Shown here one piece after another: positions 51,348 through 60,704 of a DNA stretch of 64,000 bases. Positions within the stretch are counted from its first letter, which is position 1. Every line of letters begins with the position of its first letter. The notes beneath the pieces are model-generated. The model saw only the letters and a program-made list of their open reading frames with translations. It had not been told where the DNA came from and ran no database searches. The DNA is from a virus, in IMG/VR virus record IMGVR_UViG_3300021197_001787, positions 96,001-160,000 of that record. One strand, 5' to 3'. The translations under genes were made by a program, and so were the position numbers.

Positions 51348-52588
51348 TATTCCTCCTTGAGTTGTTTGCTCTGTTTGAAAAACTTATTTTTTTGGTCATT
51401 CCACGAATACGCATGATCAGAGTCGCCGCAGTCTCTAAGTGCCATTGGTAGCACAACTTTGTCGATAATCGGAAGGTCCCAATCAATAGTTTTTTCGTTT
51501 AGGTTCCACTTTGTAAATTTTTGAAGCATAGTCTTGATCTCTTCATTACGCGATTCAATCTTTCTTAGACTGGAGCTTCCCTCTACGATGAGGTGAACTT
51601 TCACGTTATCAACCTTAGAAGCGCCGGTGTGAAATGGCTCAGCCAACTCACGGAATATGTTTCTTTCAAAAGTCTTCCATCGTGTTTGAAGTTGGTGGAT
51701 TTTCTTGTTGTTTGGATCTCTCATAGACCAGACCTCGGGGTCCCAATCGTATTGAATAAAGTGCTTCTTAAAACATTTTTTCAAATCCGCATCGCTGTAT
51801 TCTTTAATTGGTTGGCCATGTTCTTGAGAAAAAGCACTGTTATAGATGAGTGTTTGTTTAGATGCATCCCTAAAACTAAGAGGTTTGTTGGACAACATCC
51901 ACTTGTCAAACCACGTACGTCTAAAACCCTCTTTATCATCTTCTTCGCGCTTAATATAAGCAGAGCGGATCTCGCGCTCATACTTAGTAACCGATGAGGT
52001 GCCCTTTAAGTCAACATTGGTAATCTCTTCCCAAGCATCGTGGACTTGTTTAGCAAGGTCTTCCATTGAGTCTGTATCTTTGTCTTGTTTTGTCTCTGTG
52101 TTGCCCATAGAGGCGATTTTCAAAAGAATGTTTTGTTGTATATCTTCTGAGGTGTTGCCTTGGCGAATTATTAGAGCCTTGCCAAAATAATTATTTTCAC
52201 ATTCTCTTTTTCCATAGCCGCGGTGATTACCGACGCCTATATAGAGGAATTGCCCTATCTCAACCATTACGCAAGCGTAGTCAAGCGTCTCACCGTCATC
52301 AAATCTTGTAGTATAATTTTCACGCTTCTCTTTATTAAGGCCGTTTCTGCGTGATTGGGCCTTTTTCTGAAGATTTGAACTAGGAGGTGCGAAGGGTGCA
52401 TCCTTATAGTTAAACCGATTGTAAAACTCTGCTTCTAGATTGTGTTCGTCGACGAAGTCGGAGATTTCACGATAGCACGGATCTACTGAGTTAATCCCAG
52501 CAAAAGTTGTTTCAAATATGTCTTTTCCGACATGTGCGGTACCGAATTGAGTTTCAGTTGTTTCAAATAGTGTTCTTACACTTCCCAT
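51347..52588 (-). CDS. Hypothetical protein, possible ParB/Srx-like N-terminal motif
   Basis: 413-aa ORF; YIGVGNHR resembles the ParB (D/G)GxHR motif (weak). Confidence 0.65.
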   Translation of the reverse strand: MGSVRTLFETTETQFGTAHVGKDIFETTFAGINSVDPCYREISDFVDEHNLEAEFYNRFNYKDAPFAPPSSNLQKKAQSRRNGLNKEKRENYTTRFDDGETLDYACVMVEIGQFLYIGVGNHRGYGKRECENNYFGKALIIRQGNTSEDIQQNILLKIASMGNTETKQDKDTDSMEDLAKQVHDAWEEITNVDLKGTSSVTKYEREIRSAYIKREEDDKEGFRRTWFDKWMLSNKPLSFRDASKQTLIYNSAFSQEHGQPIKEYSDADLKKCFKKHFIQYDWDPEVWSMRDPNNKKIHQLQTRWKTFERNIFRELAEPFHTGASKVDNVKVHLIVEGSSSLRKIESRNEEIKTMLQKFTKWNLNEKTIDWDLPIIDKVVLPMALRDCGDSDHAYSWNDQKNKFFKQSKQLKEE

Positions 52589-52614
52589 AGTTTCCTCTTA
52601 TATAGTTTAAAAAT

Positions 52615-52643
52615 GGCACCCATTAACCGGGGTGCCAGCGGCT
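52615..52643 (-). ncRNA. Putative H-type RNA pseudoknot PK3
   Basis: AGCCG-CT-GGCACCC-CGGTT-AAT-GGGTGCC. Confidence 0.65.
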
Positions 52644-52648
52644 TTTTG

Positions 52649-52759
52649 TTACTCTGCTGCTGTATCTGCAGAGCTGGCGGTATCAGCCGCTGTGTCTTCA
52701 TCCTTATCCCCACAACCCATGAATAGGGTCGCAGCAAGGACTGGTAGAACGAGTCTCAT
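52649..52759 (-). CDS. Small acidic lipoprotein (36 aa, MRLVLPVLAATLFMGCGDKDEDTAADTASSADTAAE)
   Basis: Manually translated; AAGGAGA SD; lipobox FMGC; DTA repeats. Confidence 0.75.
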   Translation of the reverse strand: MRLVLPVLAATLFMGCGDKDEDTAADTASSADTAAE

Positions 52760-52778
52760 TTTCTCTCCTTAAAATAGC

Positions 52779-52807
52779 GGCAGACTTTTTACCGGTCTGC
52801 CAGCGGC
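52779..52807 (-). ncRNA. Putative H-type RNA pseudoknot PK2
   Basis: GCCG-CT-GGCAGAC-CGGT-AAAAA-GTCTGCC. Confidence 0.65.
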
Positions 52808-52816
52808 TGTTTGTCA

Positions 52817-53089
52817 CTACTCAGTTGTAGTTGTTTCGGTGGTAGTTGTTGTATCACCTGTCGTTTCAGTGGTTGTTCCACCTTCAGTAGTATCACCACT
52901 CGTTGTTTCGGTCGTGGTGGTGGAGGAAACTTCAATAGAATTTACAGTCTCCTCCATGGTGGTGTTGTCCGACACCGTTGTTGGCTCAAGAGTACATGTT
53001 CCGTATGCTGTGGCTACCACAAGGGCGCCTCCAACAAAACTAACTTGTACCTTCCATTTAGCCCATGCGGACTTCATCCAATCTAACAT
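52817..53089 (-). CDS. Membrane-anchored Thr/Glu-rich protein
   Basis: AAGGAGA SD; N-terminal TM segment, then T-rich low-complexity tail. Confidence 0.75.
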   Translation of the reverse strand: MLDWMKSAWAKWKVQVSFVGGALVVATAYGTCTLEPTTVSDNTTMEETVNSIEVSSTTTTETTSGDTTEGGTTTETTGDTTTTTETTTTE

Positions 53090-53120
53090 AATATATCTCC
53101 TTGTATGTTATTGAAAAGGG

Positions 53121-53151
53121 GCGCCCTATTATAACCGGGGCGCTAACGGTT
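53121..53151 (-). ncRNA. Putative H-type RNA pseudoknot PK1
   Basis: AACCG-TTA-GCGCCC-CGGTT-ATAATA-GGGCGC. Confidence 0.65.
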
Positions 53152-53154
53152 GAG

Positions 53155-53928
53155 TTAACCGGCCATTAGCTCATCAAAGGCCTTGTCAACATCGTTGGCT
53201 TCACTCTTTTTACCATATGATTCAGTTTGACGTGAGCGGCCCTCAGCGGACTTATCACTAGACAACTGCTCATCTAAAATGGCATCAACTTGCTCAGGCG
53301 TTAAACGCTCAAATAAGCTGTCAAAATCGGGCATATTTTCTAGAAGCCCAGGGATTGCTTCAGCGTCACTCAAAAGGGGACTTGTGTTACGACGCATCTT
53401 CAAATTAGTTTGTGGATACGCGCCGGGACGAGTTGGCTTCGTATAAGTAAGAGTGATATCGGTTCCCTCAACAGAATCGGTGATATCACCATATTCTGGA
53501 TCAAGAATATAACCCAAAAGCAACTCGTACGCAGTCTTGCCATAGCCATAGACCTTGACGCCTTCCTCTTCACGACCGCGAACCACAACCGGTGAGAAAT
53601 AACGTTGACGCACAAAAAGTGATTTAGCCAACTTCTTGCTCTCCTCATCGTTCTTCTCGGTGCCCTCACGCCACAAAGATGACGCGAAATCGCATACTGG
53701 GCAGCGTTCACCGAAGTTGCGCTTCGGACAAAGCACACCGCCCTTATGATCTCCCACATTATAGTGGAAGTACATTTCCTTCAACGGATCACCATCTGAT
53801 GTTGGTACGATCCGAATATCTTGGTCACCTTCATCTGGCTTAAACCAGTGTGAAGTACCATTATCTCTAGTTCCCTCACCACGCAATGTGGCAAGCTTTT
53901 GTTTCATTAGTTCCATGTTAATAGACAT
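53155..53928 (-). CDS. T4 gp32-like single-stranded DNA-binding protein
   Basis: WFKP..G...IRIVP, HY...CPK..FGERCPVC, VVVRG, YGYGK, acidic tail ending FDELMAG. Confidence 0.85.
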   Translation of the reverse strand: MSINMELMKQKLATLRGEGTRDNGTSHWFKPDEGDQDIRIVPTSDGDPLKEMYFHYNVGDHKGGVLCPKRNFGERCPVCDFASSLWREGTEKNDEESKKLAKSLFVRQRYFSPVVVRGREEEGVKVYGYGKTAYELLLGYILDPEYGDITDSVEGTDITLTYTKPTRPGAYPQTNLKMRRNTSPLLSDAEAIPGLLENMPDFDSLFERLTPEQVDAILDEQLSSDKSAEGRSRQTESYGKKSEANDVDKAFDELMAG

Positions 53929-53981
53929 TACTTTTTTCTCCTTTTGTTTTGATAAAGTATACTGAGCTTTCCTCAGCATCT

Positions 53982-54010
53982 AATGTATTACTCTTGAGCT
54001 AGCTTGTCAA
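53982..54010 (-). promoter_or_regulatory. sigma70-type promoter of SSB
   Basis: TTGACA-N17-TACATT overlapping end of tubulin-like gene. Confidence 0.7.
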
Positions 54011-54851
54011 GAGTTTTTTGTTGTATTACGTTGGTATGGGCAACGCAAAACCCAAAGTCTGTTTCAAAGGGTGACTCATAGATTGCATAGGATACATTTT
54101 TAAATGCATTCCTAGGCTTATCTTTAAGATGCCCAATGATCTTTTTATGTAAATCTCCGTCCTTTTCCAGTTTTTCAGTTGATATGCAGATATAATAACA
54201 TACATCGCGAGAGTTGTCAAGTTCATAATACCAATTTTCTTTAAGATTGTATGGATCAATACGACCAAGCGCACGGATCCGCTGTATATCCGAAGTTGAT
54301 TCTAAATTGCCGATAATCGGATTTGTATGATCAAACAAATTCTTATAATGCACACAATAATAGATAGTTTTGTTAATTGTATCAAAATACTTTTTGATTG
54401 GCACAGAGCCAATAGATTGCTCTAATGTTGGATTGCTAAATACAGTAAATGAATTAAACAGGCCTGAACGAGTGTACTCTTGTAAAATGCCAAAAATTGC
54501 TCTTTCTTGAAGCTTAGTGGTTCCGAGTAATAAGTCAGTATCTGGCTCAATGTAATAAATATCCATTTTTTTGTTTCTCAAATACTGTAGGATCGCGAGT
54601 GTTGCATTCGCCGTGCGGCCAGAGCCACACACAAATACTTGAACGTGATCGTTTATTGAAGAAAAGAATTTTGTAAGGTCAGGAATACTGCTTTCATAGT
54701 CTTCCAATTTTTCTTGATACTTAATTTTACGCTTGTATTTCGTATTACGAGTTACGTTATCAGAGAGAATATACGTATCGTATTCTTTATTATCTGTAAA
54801 GCAGTTGACCACGTTTTCGCCGGCTGTACCAATACCAACCAAAGAAATCAT
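53988..54851 (-). CDS. Divergent tubulin/FtsZ-like (PhuZ-like) protein
   Basis: LVGIGTAGENVV matches the T1 loop; VCGSGRTANA occupies the GGGTG signature position. Confidence 0.6.
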   Translation of the reverse strand: MISLVGIGTAGENVVNCFTDNKEYDTYILSDNVTRNTKYKRKIKYQEKLEDYESSIPDLTKFFSSINDHVQVFVCGSGRTANATLAILQYLRNKKMDIYYIEPDTDLLLGTTKLQERAIFGILQEYTRSGLFNSFTVFSNPTLEQSIGSVPIKKYFDTINKTIYYCVHYKNLFDHTNPIIGNLESTSDIQRIRALGRIDPYNLKENWYYELDNSRDVCYYICISTEKLEKDGDLHKKIIGHLKDKPRNAFKNVSYAIYESPFETDFGFCVAHTNVIQQKTLDKLAQE

Positions 54852-56032
54852 AACTGTAACTCCTTAAGTTCAAAATAGTTCTTGCCGGCGTTGATATTGC
54901 CGCGGAAGTGTCCAAGAACATTATTTTCAAATATATTTTTAATTAATGGCACCAAATCACGCTCCTGATCATGTAAATCAATAACTATCTCGTCGTGGAC
55001 AATGTGTGAAATAAACGACTTCTTATCATTTAAAAAATTGTCTATTTTAGTAGCGCGTTCCATGACCAAATCTGCAGTTGTACTCTGGATAAGATAATTG
55101 AAAGCTCTGCGTTCGTCAACCTTTATTTTTCGACCCATCGGGGTTGACACATAACCCTCGTTGTAATATTGTAACAAAATCTTATCTCTATTGTAGAGAT
55201 CGCTCTTGATTGTTTCGGATTCCGGATTGTACAACCAAGCAAAAAACTTTTCTTTTGATTCTTCGCGCGATACCACACCGCCAAATACATTTTTAGCGTT
55301 CCACTGGTGGATGTCCCAGTCAGGCTGCGGCTCATCCCCCAGCGCCAGTACTGTTCTCAATTCGGCGCCGTTATAGTCAAGGCTCAAGAACCAATCATTC
55401 TTTGGCTTAATTGTCTTACGATAAATCTTTTTCATAGTCAGTATTGGCAGCGAATTACTAAAAGTAGTAAGGCGACCAGTGACAGTGCCAAAAAGATTAT
55501 AATCAACATGCTGTGGGCCGTTGATGAGGCGATTAATCTGTGTTCTATCCCTTGTATTCGTCATCAATTCCCTGCAATCTTTGTTGTTAATTTCAAAATT
55601 ATGATATTTAATTTTGTGAAGCAGTCTGTGTACTTTGGCTAAATGTTCGTAATTACTAGGCTTTTCGTAATTTTCAAAAACAAATTTAGTTATTTGATTT
55701 TTTGTTTCGCAAAATTCAAGCAGAAAATCTTCTGGTACCAGATCATAGAAGCAAAGCTCTCTTAAGTCGATTCTAGCAATCCTAAAAGATTGTAAGTAAG
55801 CCTTAAACTTTGATTGGTTTGCTGAGAGCTGTGTTGATAATTCTTCCGGACAGACTTCTGCTAGATTTTGGCCGCCGGATCGTAACCAAGCGTATTCAAC
55901 GTCATTGTTTGAAATCGCGCCAGAATGACGCCATGTTTTAGTCAGATCTGTCGGTAATGCATCAAAATGTAGCTTACCGTTTACGTAGATACCAACACAT
56001 TCGGATTTATCGTCTAGGCTTTGAAAGTACAA
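54848..56032 (-). CDS. Family A DNA polymerase-like protein (compact polymerase domain)
   Basis: Motif A LDYNGAELR, motif B SKEKFFAWLY, FNYLIQSTTAD, motif C IVHDEIV. Confidence 0.85.
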   Translation of the reverse strand: MYFQSLDDKSECVGIYVNGKLHFDALPTDLTKTWRHSGAISNNDVEYAWLRSGGQNLAEVCPEELSTQLSANQSKFKAYLQSFRIARIDLRELCFYDLVPEDFLLEFCETKNQITKFVFENYEKPSNYEHLAKVHRLLHKIKYHNFEINNKDCRELMTNTRDRTQINRLINGPQHVDYNLFGTVTGRLTTFSNSLPILTMKKIYRKTIKPKNDWFLSLDYNGAELRTVLALGDEPQPDWDIHQWNAKNVFGGVVSREESKEKFFAWLYNPESETIKSDLYNRDKILLQYYNEGYVSTPMGRKIKVDERRAFNYLIQSTTADLVMERATKIDNFLNDKKSFISHIVHDEIVIDLHDQERDLVPLIKNIFENNVLGHFRGNINAGKNYFELKELQL

Positions 56033-57266
56033 CAGGTTCTCCAGTCTCTTTACGTCTTTTCATAATATAACTTAAAGAACCATTATAGTCAAATGGATGA
56101 TTGATAATTCTTTCAAAAACGATAGACGCACGAGAAGGTCCAATTGAATCATAGATTGAAAGGCAGTCTCTCATTATTCTTTTTTGTTCACTTTCGCTAA
56201 ACTTTTTCGGCTCTTCATTCATTCTTATTTCAAATAAAAATTTTAATACTTTTTTGTCGTCAAATATGTTTGAAAGCTTCTCTTCGCTATAACTGTCTGG
56301 GATAACATAGGTTGTTTTTAAGCGACCATTGCATTTCTCAACGACCGGTATCTTGTCAAGTTTAACCAATTTATACAACCGATGCAAGTACATTCTAAAT
56401 TTTTGATAGTAAATATAGTCGGCGCGCGTGTACCCTATATTCAAAATACGGTCAGTAGTTGATAGTTTGTACGCGGCGCCATATTCTAACATTTCGGGAG
56501 ACCCAATATCTGCCACAATCCGCCATGGTATATTCTTATCCACCATGAAGCCATAGCTTCTGCATGCATTTAAAAAGTACTTCCAATGCGGAGATGCAAC
56601 AAAGTTTTCAATTTTTTGTTGATCGTTAAAATAATCTAAGTCTGCTATTTCTATAGCCAAGCCGCTAGCATTAATGGGGCAATATTTACTTTTAACATAA
56701 GCCGAAAAGGTAAAAGGATACGAGGGTACTGTTTTCTGTAGTAAAAGCTTTAAATGGTGCATAAATTCTTGAAAGTTTCTAACGTGTATTTTGTTTTTAG
56801 AGAAGTGATTTTCTATTGCAGAGGTATATGTGTCTTGGTGTTCATTAAAAAGATCAATGGGGTTAACAAAAGATTTAAATACATTTAAAACACTCAAATA
56901 AGGGTGGCCAGGGTCTAATTTACCATCAGCAACTGCTTTTTGAAATTGTTGTTTTAAATCTTGAAAGGCATCAACAACAAAGTTTACAGCACTTTGGGCA
57001 GGACCATCGATGCTGGTAGAATCTAATGGCACTAGAGCCGCAGACGATGGGTTATCTAGAAAAATTGGAATAAAATTTCTAGTTACGCGTCCATATAAAA
57101 ATTTCTCACCAAAATTAAAATCAACTAGGTTTTTATATTCAGGATCGGAGAAATCAACATTCTCAAAAGCTGTCGTGGAAGCAAAAATATCATAATTATA
57201 TACCACTCTTTTGTTGAAAGTTAAAAAGGAGCCGTCGTCGTTATCAGTTATGTATAAATCTGCCAT
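56007..57266 (-). CDS. Hypothetical protein (possibly virion-associated)
   Basis: 419-aa ORF directly after hub-like gene. Confidence 0.7.
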   Translation of the reverse strand: MADLYITDNDDGSFLTFNKRVVYNYDIFASTTAFENVDFSDPEYKNLVDFNFGEKFLYGRVTRNFIPIFLDNPSSAALVPLDSTSIDGPAQSAVNFVVDAFQDLKQQFQKAVADGKLDPGHPYLSVLNVFKSFVNPIDLFNEHQDTYTSAIENHFSKNKIHVRNFQEFMHHLKLLLQKTVPSYPFTFSAYVKSKYCPINASGLAIEIADLDYFNDQQKIENFVASPHWKYFLNACRSYGFMVDKNIPWRIVADIGSPEMLEYGAAYKLSTTDRILNIGYTRADYIYYQKFRMYLHRLYKLVKLDKIPVVEKCNGRLKTTYVIPDSYSEEKLSNIFDDKKVLKFLFEIRMNEEPKKFSESEQKRIMRDCLSIYDSIGPSRASIVFERIINHPFDYNGSLSYIMKRRKETGEPVVLSKPRR

Positions 57267-57275
57267 TTTATTTTC

Positions 57276-60200
57276 CTATGTTGGTATATCGTCAGGTGAA
57301 GGACCAGTAGCCTCAAAAGAAGCCCCTTCGTCTTTTAATTGCCCTGTAAGCGTATCAAAGTGATCTGAAATGTACACTTTACATTTTGCATTTGATTTTT
57401 GATTCGCCCCTTTGGAGGCTTGAGCCGACTTTTTAGTTTTACCTTTTTGGTCAATAGACGATACCCAGACTGCTGTAAGTCTCGTTTCTCCTACTCCCGG
57501 GGCAAAATCATGTTCTGCTTTAGTAATCATGTAGTAACCACCCACACCCAAATCAGTTAAATCAAATCTGTCTATGTCATAAGCGCCCATGCTCGGAGCA
57601 AAACCTTTAGGATCAACAAAGATATAGGCGCCTGGAAACGCTGTTATATTTGCATATGACGTGATATTGACATCATAAATTTCTCTCAACTGATGTAACC
57701 CATCGTAACCTTCTTGCTCAAAGCGCACCTCTTTTAGGCCCGGACTATCAGTTTTTTGCAACGAGATGTTTTTAACTATTCCTCTATCTTTACCCAACAC
57801 ATAATGAAATATTCCTCTGCTCTCGTCCTGTGACTGGATTCCTCTCATATATTCTAAAGGCTGAGTTCTTCCAGCATGGAAAATAAAATAATTCATTTCT
57901 TTGTTAGCGCCGGGGTTTGGTTTATCATAATAAGCTTGCCCTTTAATATTCAAAATGGGCAGGCCCTTTACCGAGTTTAGGTTTAATCTGTTGAACTTAT
58001 TCTTGCTGTTTTCTATTTTTCTTGTAATCTCGTCTCGTCTAGGCTGTTTCGGATATGAAGTTATTACCGATTCATAAAGTCTAACTTTTTGTTTAATTGA
58101 AAAAGGATAACATGAATCTTCATTAAGATAATTTTTTACTAAATCGTTAAATAAGTCTTTTAAGAATTGTGTCAATGGGTAAATCGCCTGATTCTTTTTA
58201 AGTAATTTACTTGTTAACCACTCGGAGAAATATTTTACAGATACTGGAATATCTGCAAAATTCACGTAATAGGGCTTACTAGTTCCATGGTCAACGATTT
58301 CAAGAGGACCAAGAACTACTCTAAACTTTTTATATTCACGTGCAGCTTTTTTTAAACTATCTATTTCTATTTTCTTTAAAGCTGGATCAATCCCAAGACT
58401 TTTATAGCTGTTTCCAGAAGCGCCGGCCAAACCCTCGGCTGTTTTTGTTAGGCTATCGTCTAGGCTACCCAGAATAACATTGAGCATATCGCCAATAAAA
58501 AAGAAAGGAAGCTGAATACTATCCATATTGGCTAAAGTCATAGCTGCTGCTAATCCATCTTTTTTTTCTTTTGCTGCTTCCATCTGTGACTCCATAGAGG
58601 CTTGGAGATCTGCGTCTAAAGTGAGACTAAGCGCTTCACTGCCCTTTGTAACCTTGCCAGCCAAAGCGTAAGACGGTCCTTGGGCCAAGACTGCTTTCAA
58701 ATCCTCGCGAGTGAAATTTAAAACGTGTATATAGCCGGCTTTGAACATCTGTTTAAACAAAAAGGCATGCATTGCTTGCTTGTCTTTGTCTACTTCTGCA
58801 GCATCTTCAGTTTTAACATTATTAAGCATTTTTTTTGCTTCGGCTGACTCTGTGCAATTAACAGTTTCTTCTATTGTTTCAAATGCCAACTTTCTTGTTA
58901 ACATTTTTATATTTGTAGGCACATGAGTAAAAATATTCATTTTTGATTTAGAATAATACTCTTCCACATAAGCAAAATACTCAATTGAAAAAGTCACGCG
59001 ACCAAGATCGTCAAAGCCAAACTCATGAGTAACAGGAGTCAAATTAACACTAACAAAGCTGTCATCTAAGGCTTTTTTCATGTTGCCCTTGATTGGCGAA
59101 TTGTTGGCACCGTGGCTAGCCCAGCCAAAAACTGCTTTTAATCTAAAATTTAAATCGTCATCTTCTTTAAAATTTTTAGCTTTAACACTTTTGCCAGTTT
59201 TTAATGCCAAGTCAATGTATCTAAATGTTGTATCTTCTTTCGGGGTCTTGCCTTTGATTATTCTAGGCTTTAGCAATTCGTCAAAATCGGCTGCATGCAA
59301 TTTTAAGACTGCTTTTATGCAGCGTTTCTGTGCAAACAAATCTTGGCCATCAAAAACGAGATTAAAAGAACTAATTCCAATTCCAAAGCCGCGTTTGTCT
59401 TTGTTCTTCAGCAAATCGGTAATGTCACCCCTATTCGCGTTTGAGTCAAATGGAATCTCAACCTCTTTAGTTGATCTTGTGCTGTTTGCATTCTGGATTC
59501 GATATAGACGAATTAAAGGTTGGAGCGACGAAATTTCTGCATTAGTTGCATTGAAAAAATCTTTTTGGTTGCTATATTGTGTTAATTTATTAATAAAGCC
59601 GAAAGATTGACCTTCTGCAATCAACGGAGCATTTGCGACAAGACCTCCACCAGTGCCGCTCCTATACGGTAAGCGGCGCCTGATTTTAGGTTCGCCGTCA
59701 TCGGTTGTATCTTTTGCAGTTGTATCATCTAAAGTTCTGCTATAATTTGCTAACGTTGCTATCTGTCCTAATAAAATACATTGTTCTTTGTATTCGATAA
59801 CGGGTATTGCCATAACTTCGGCGCCAGTCATCGCTATAATTCCTTCGCTGGCCGCGGCACGTTGTGCATCAGTGCCACCGTTGTGGCCGGCCATTGAGGC
59901 ACCGGATAGATACCCACGTTTGGTATCTAAATCCTGATTAAACTTCTCATCAAGCTTTGCTGCGCATTTATCAAGCTGGCTGCCTGGGGCGCCCATGGAT
60001 TTTAACTTAGTGAGTTTACCAACCAGAATGCGGAGAGGTTCAACATTACCGCCGGCTTCCTTGATGTTTCTGCCGGCATTTTCTGCGGCCCTGCGCATAG
60101 CATCGGCATCTTCAATAGATCCTTTGTCTAGGCGTTTCCCGCCACCAGTTTCAACTACGGCGGCGCCGGTTGCGGCGCCTCTATAGCCCGAACGGTTACC

Positions 60201-60701
60201 ACTTTGTGATCCGCGTTTCCAAGTCTGAGCCGCGTCAGCAAGAGTGGGAAGATTTCCCGGGTAGCCCGGGTTGTTTGCTATGTCCATTGTTATTGGAGCA
60301 TTGCCGTTACCGGTTATGGGCTTGATGGCCTTAGTACCAATACGGGCGACCTCACGAGCAGGTCGGCGCGCCTCGTAGTCGGCGTCGGCTTCACCAGATA
60401 GAATACTTTGAAGAGATTTTTGTTCTTTATCGGTTATACTAACACTACCGAATATCTCAAAAGCATCATTGACCGTCAGACCCCCGCCTACGTCTTGTTC
60501 TCCAATGGCGTGTATCTCAGCAACCAAAGAATTATACTTTCTAGCTTCTTTAGCAAAACACTCCGCTGATTCATAAATTGCATTGCAATTCTTGTTTAAT
60601 AAAGCTGTATACTCTTTTTCAGAAGCTTCTAGGGCAGGGTTCCCACCCGAAGCACCTTCAGCTAAGGCGCCCCCTGAAGCACATTTTACTGCATCTGGCA
60701 T
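57276..60701 (-). CDS. Large baseplate hub/tail-associated protein
   Basis: C-terminal DVNITSYANITAFPGAYIFV...GGYYMITKAEHDF...ETRL resembles gp27/GpD/VgrG-type hub ends; baseplate gene context. Confidence 0.6.
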   Translation of the reverse strand: MPDAVKCASGGALAEGASGGNPALEASEKEYTALLNKNCNAIYESAECFAKEARKYNSLVAEIHAIGEQDVGGGLTVNDAFEIFGSVSITDKEQKSLQSILSGEADADYEARRPAREVARIGTKAIKPITGNGNAPITMDIANNPGYPGNLPTLADAAQTWKRGSQSGNRSGYRGAATGAAVVETGGGKRLDKGSIEDADAMRRAAENAGRNIKEAGGNVEPLRILVGKLTKLKSMGAPGSQLDKCAAKLDEKFNQDLDTKRGYLSGASMAGHNGGTDAQRAAASEGIIAMTGAEVMAIPVIEYKEQCILLGQIATLANYSRTLDDTTAKDTTDDGEPKIRRRLPYRSGTGGGLVANAPLIAEGQSFGFINKLTQYSNQKDFFNATNAEISSLQPLIRLYRIQNANSTRSTKEVEIPFDSNANRGDITDLLKNKDKRGFGIGISSFNLVFDGQDLFAQKRCIKAVLKLHAADFDELLKPRIIKGKTPKEDTTFRYIDLALKTGKSVKAKNFKEDDDLNFRLKAVFGWASHGANNSPIKGNMKKALDDSFVSVNLTPVTHEFGFDDLGRVTFSIEYFAYVEEYYSKSKMNIFTHVPTNIKMLTRKLAFETIEETVNCTESAEAKKMLNNVKTEDAAEVDKDKQAMHAFLFKQMFKAGYIHVLNFTREDLKAVLAQGPSYALAGKVTKGSEALSLTLDADLQASMESQMEAAKEKKDGLAAAMTLANMDSIQLPFFFIGDMLNVILGSLDDSLTKTAEGLAGASGNSYKSLGIDPALKKIEIDSLKKAAREYKKFRVVLGPLEIVDHGTSKPYYVNFADIPVSVKYFSEWLTSKLLKKNQAIYPLTQFLKDLFNDLVKNYLNEDSCYPFSIKQKVRLYESVITSYPKQPRRDEITRKIENSKNKFNRLNLNSVKGLPILNIKGQAYYDKPNPGANKEMNYFIFHAGRTQPLEYMRGIQSQDESRGIFHYVLGKDRGIVKNISLQKTDSPGLKEVRFEQEGYDGLHQLREIYDVNITSYANITAFPGAYIFVDPKGFAPSMGAYDIDRFDLTDLGVGGYYMITKAEHDFAPGVGETRLTAVWVSSIDQKGKTKKSAQASKGANQKSNAKCKVYISDHFDTLTGQLKDEGASFEATGPSPDDIPT

Positions 60702-60704
60702 ATC

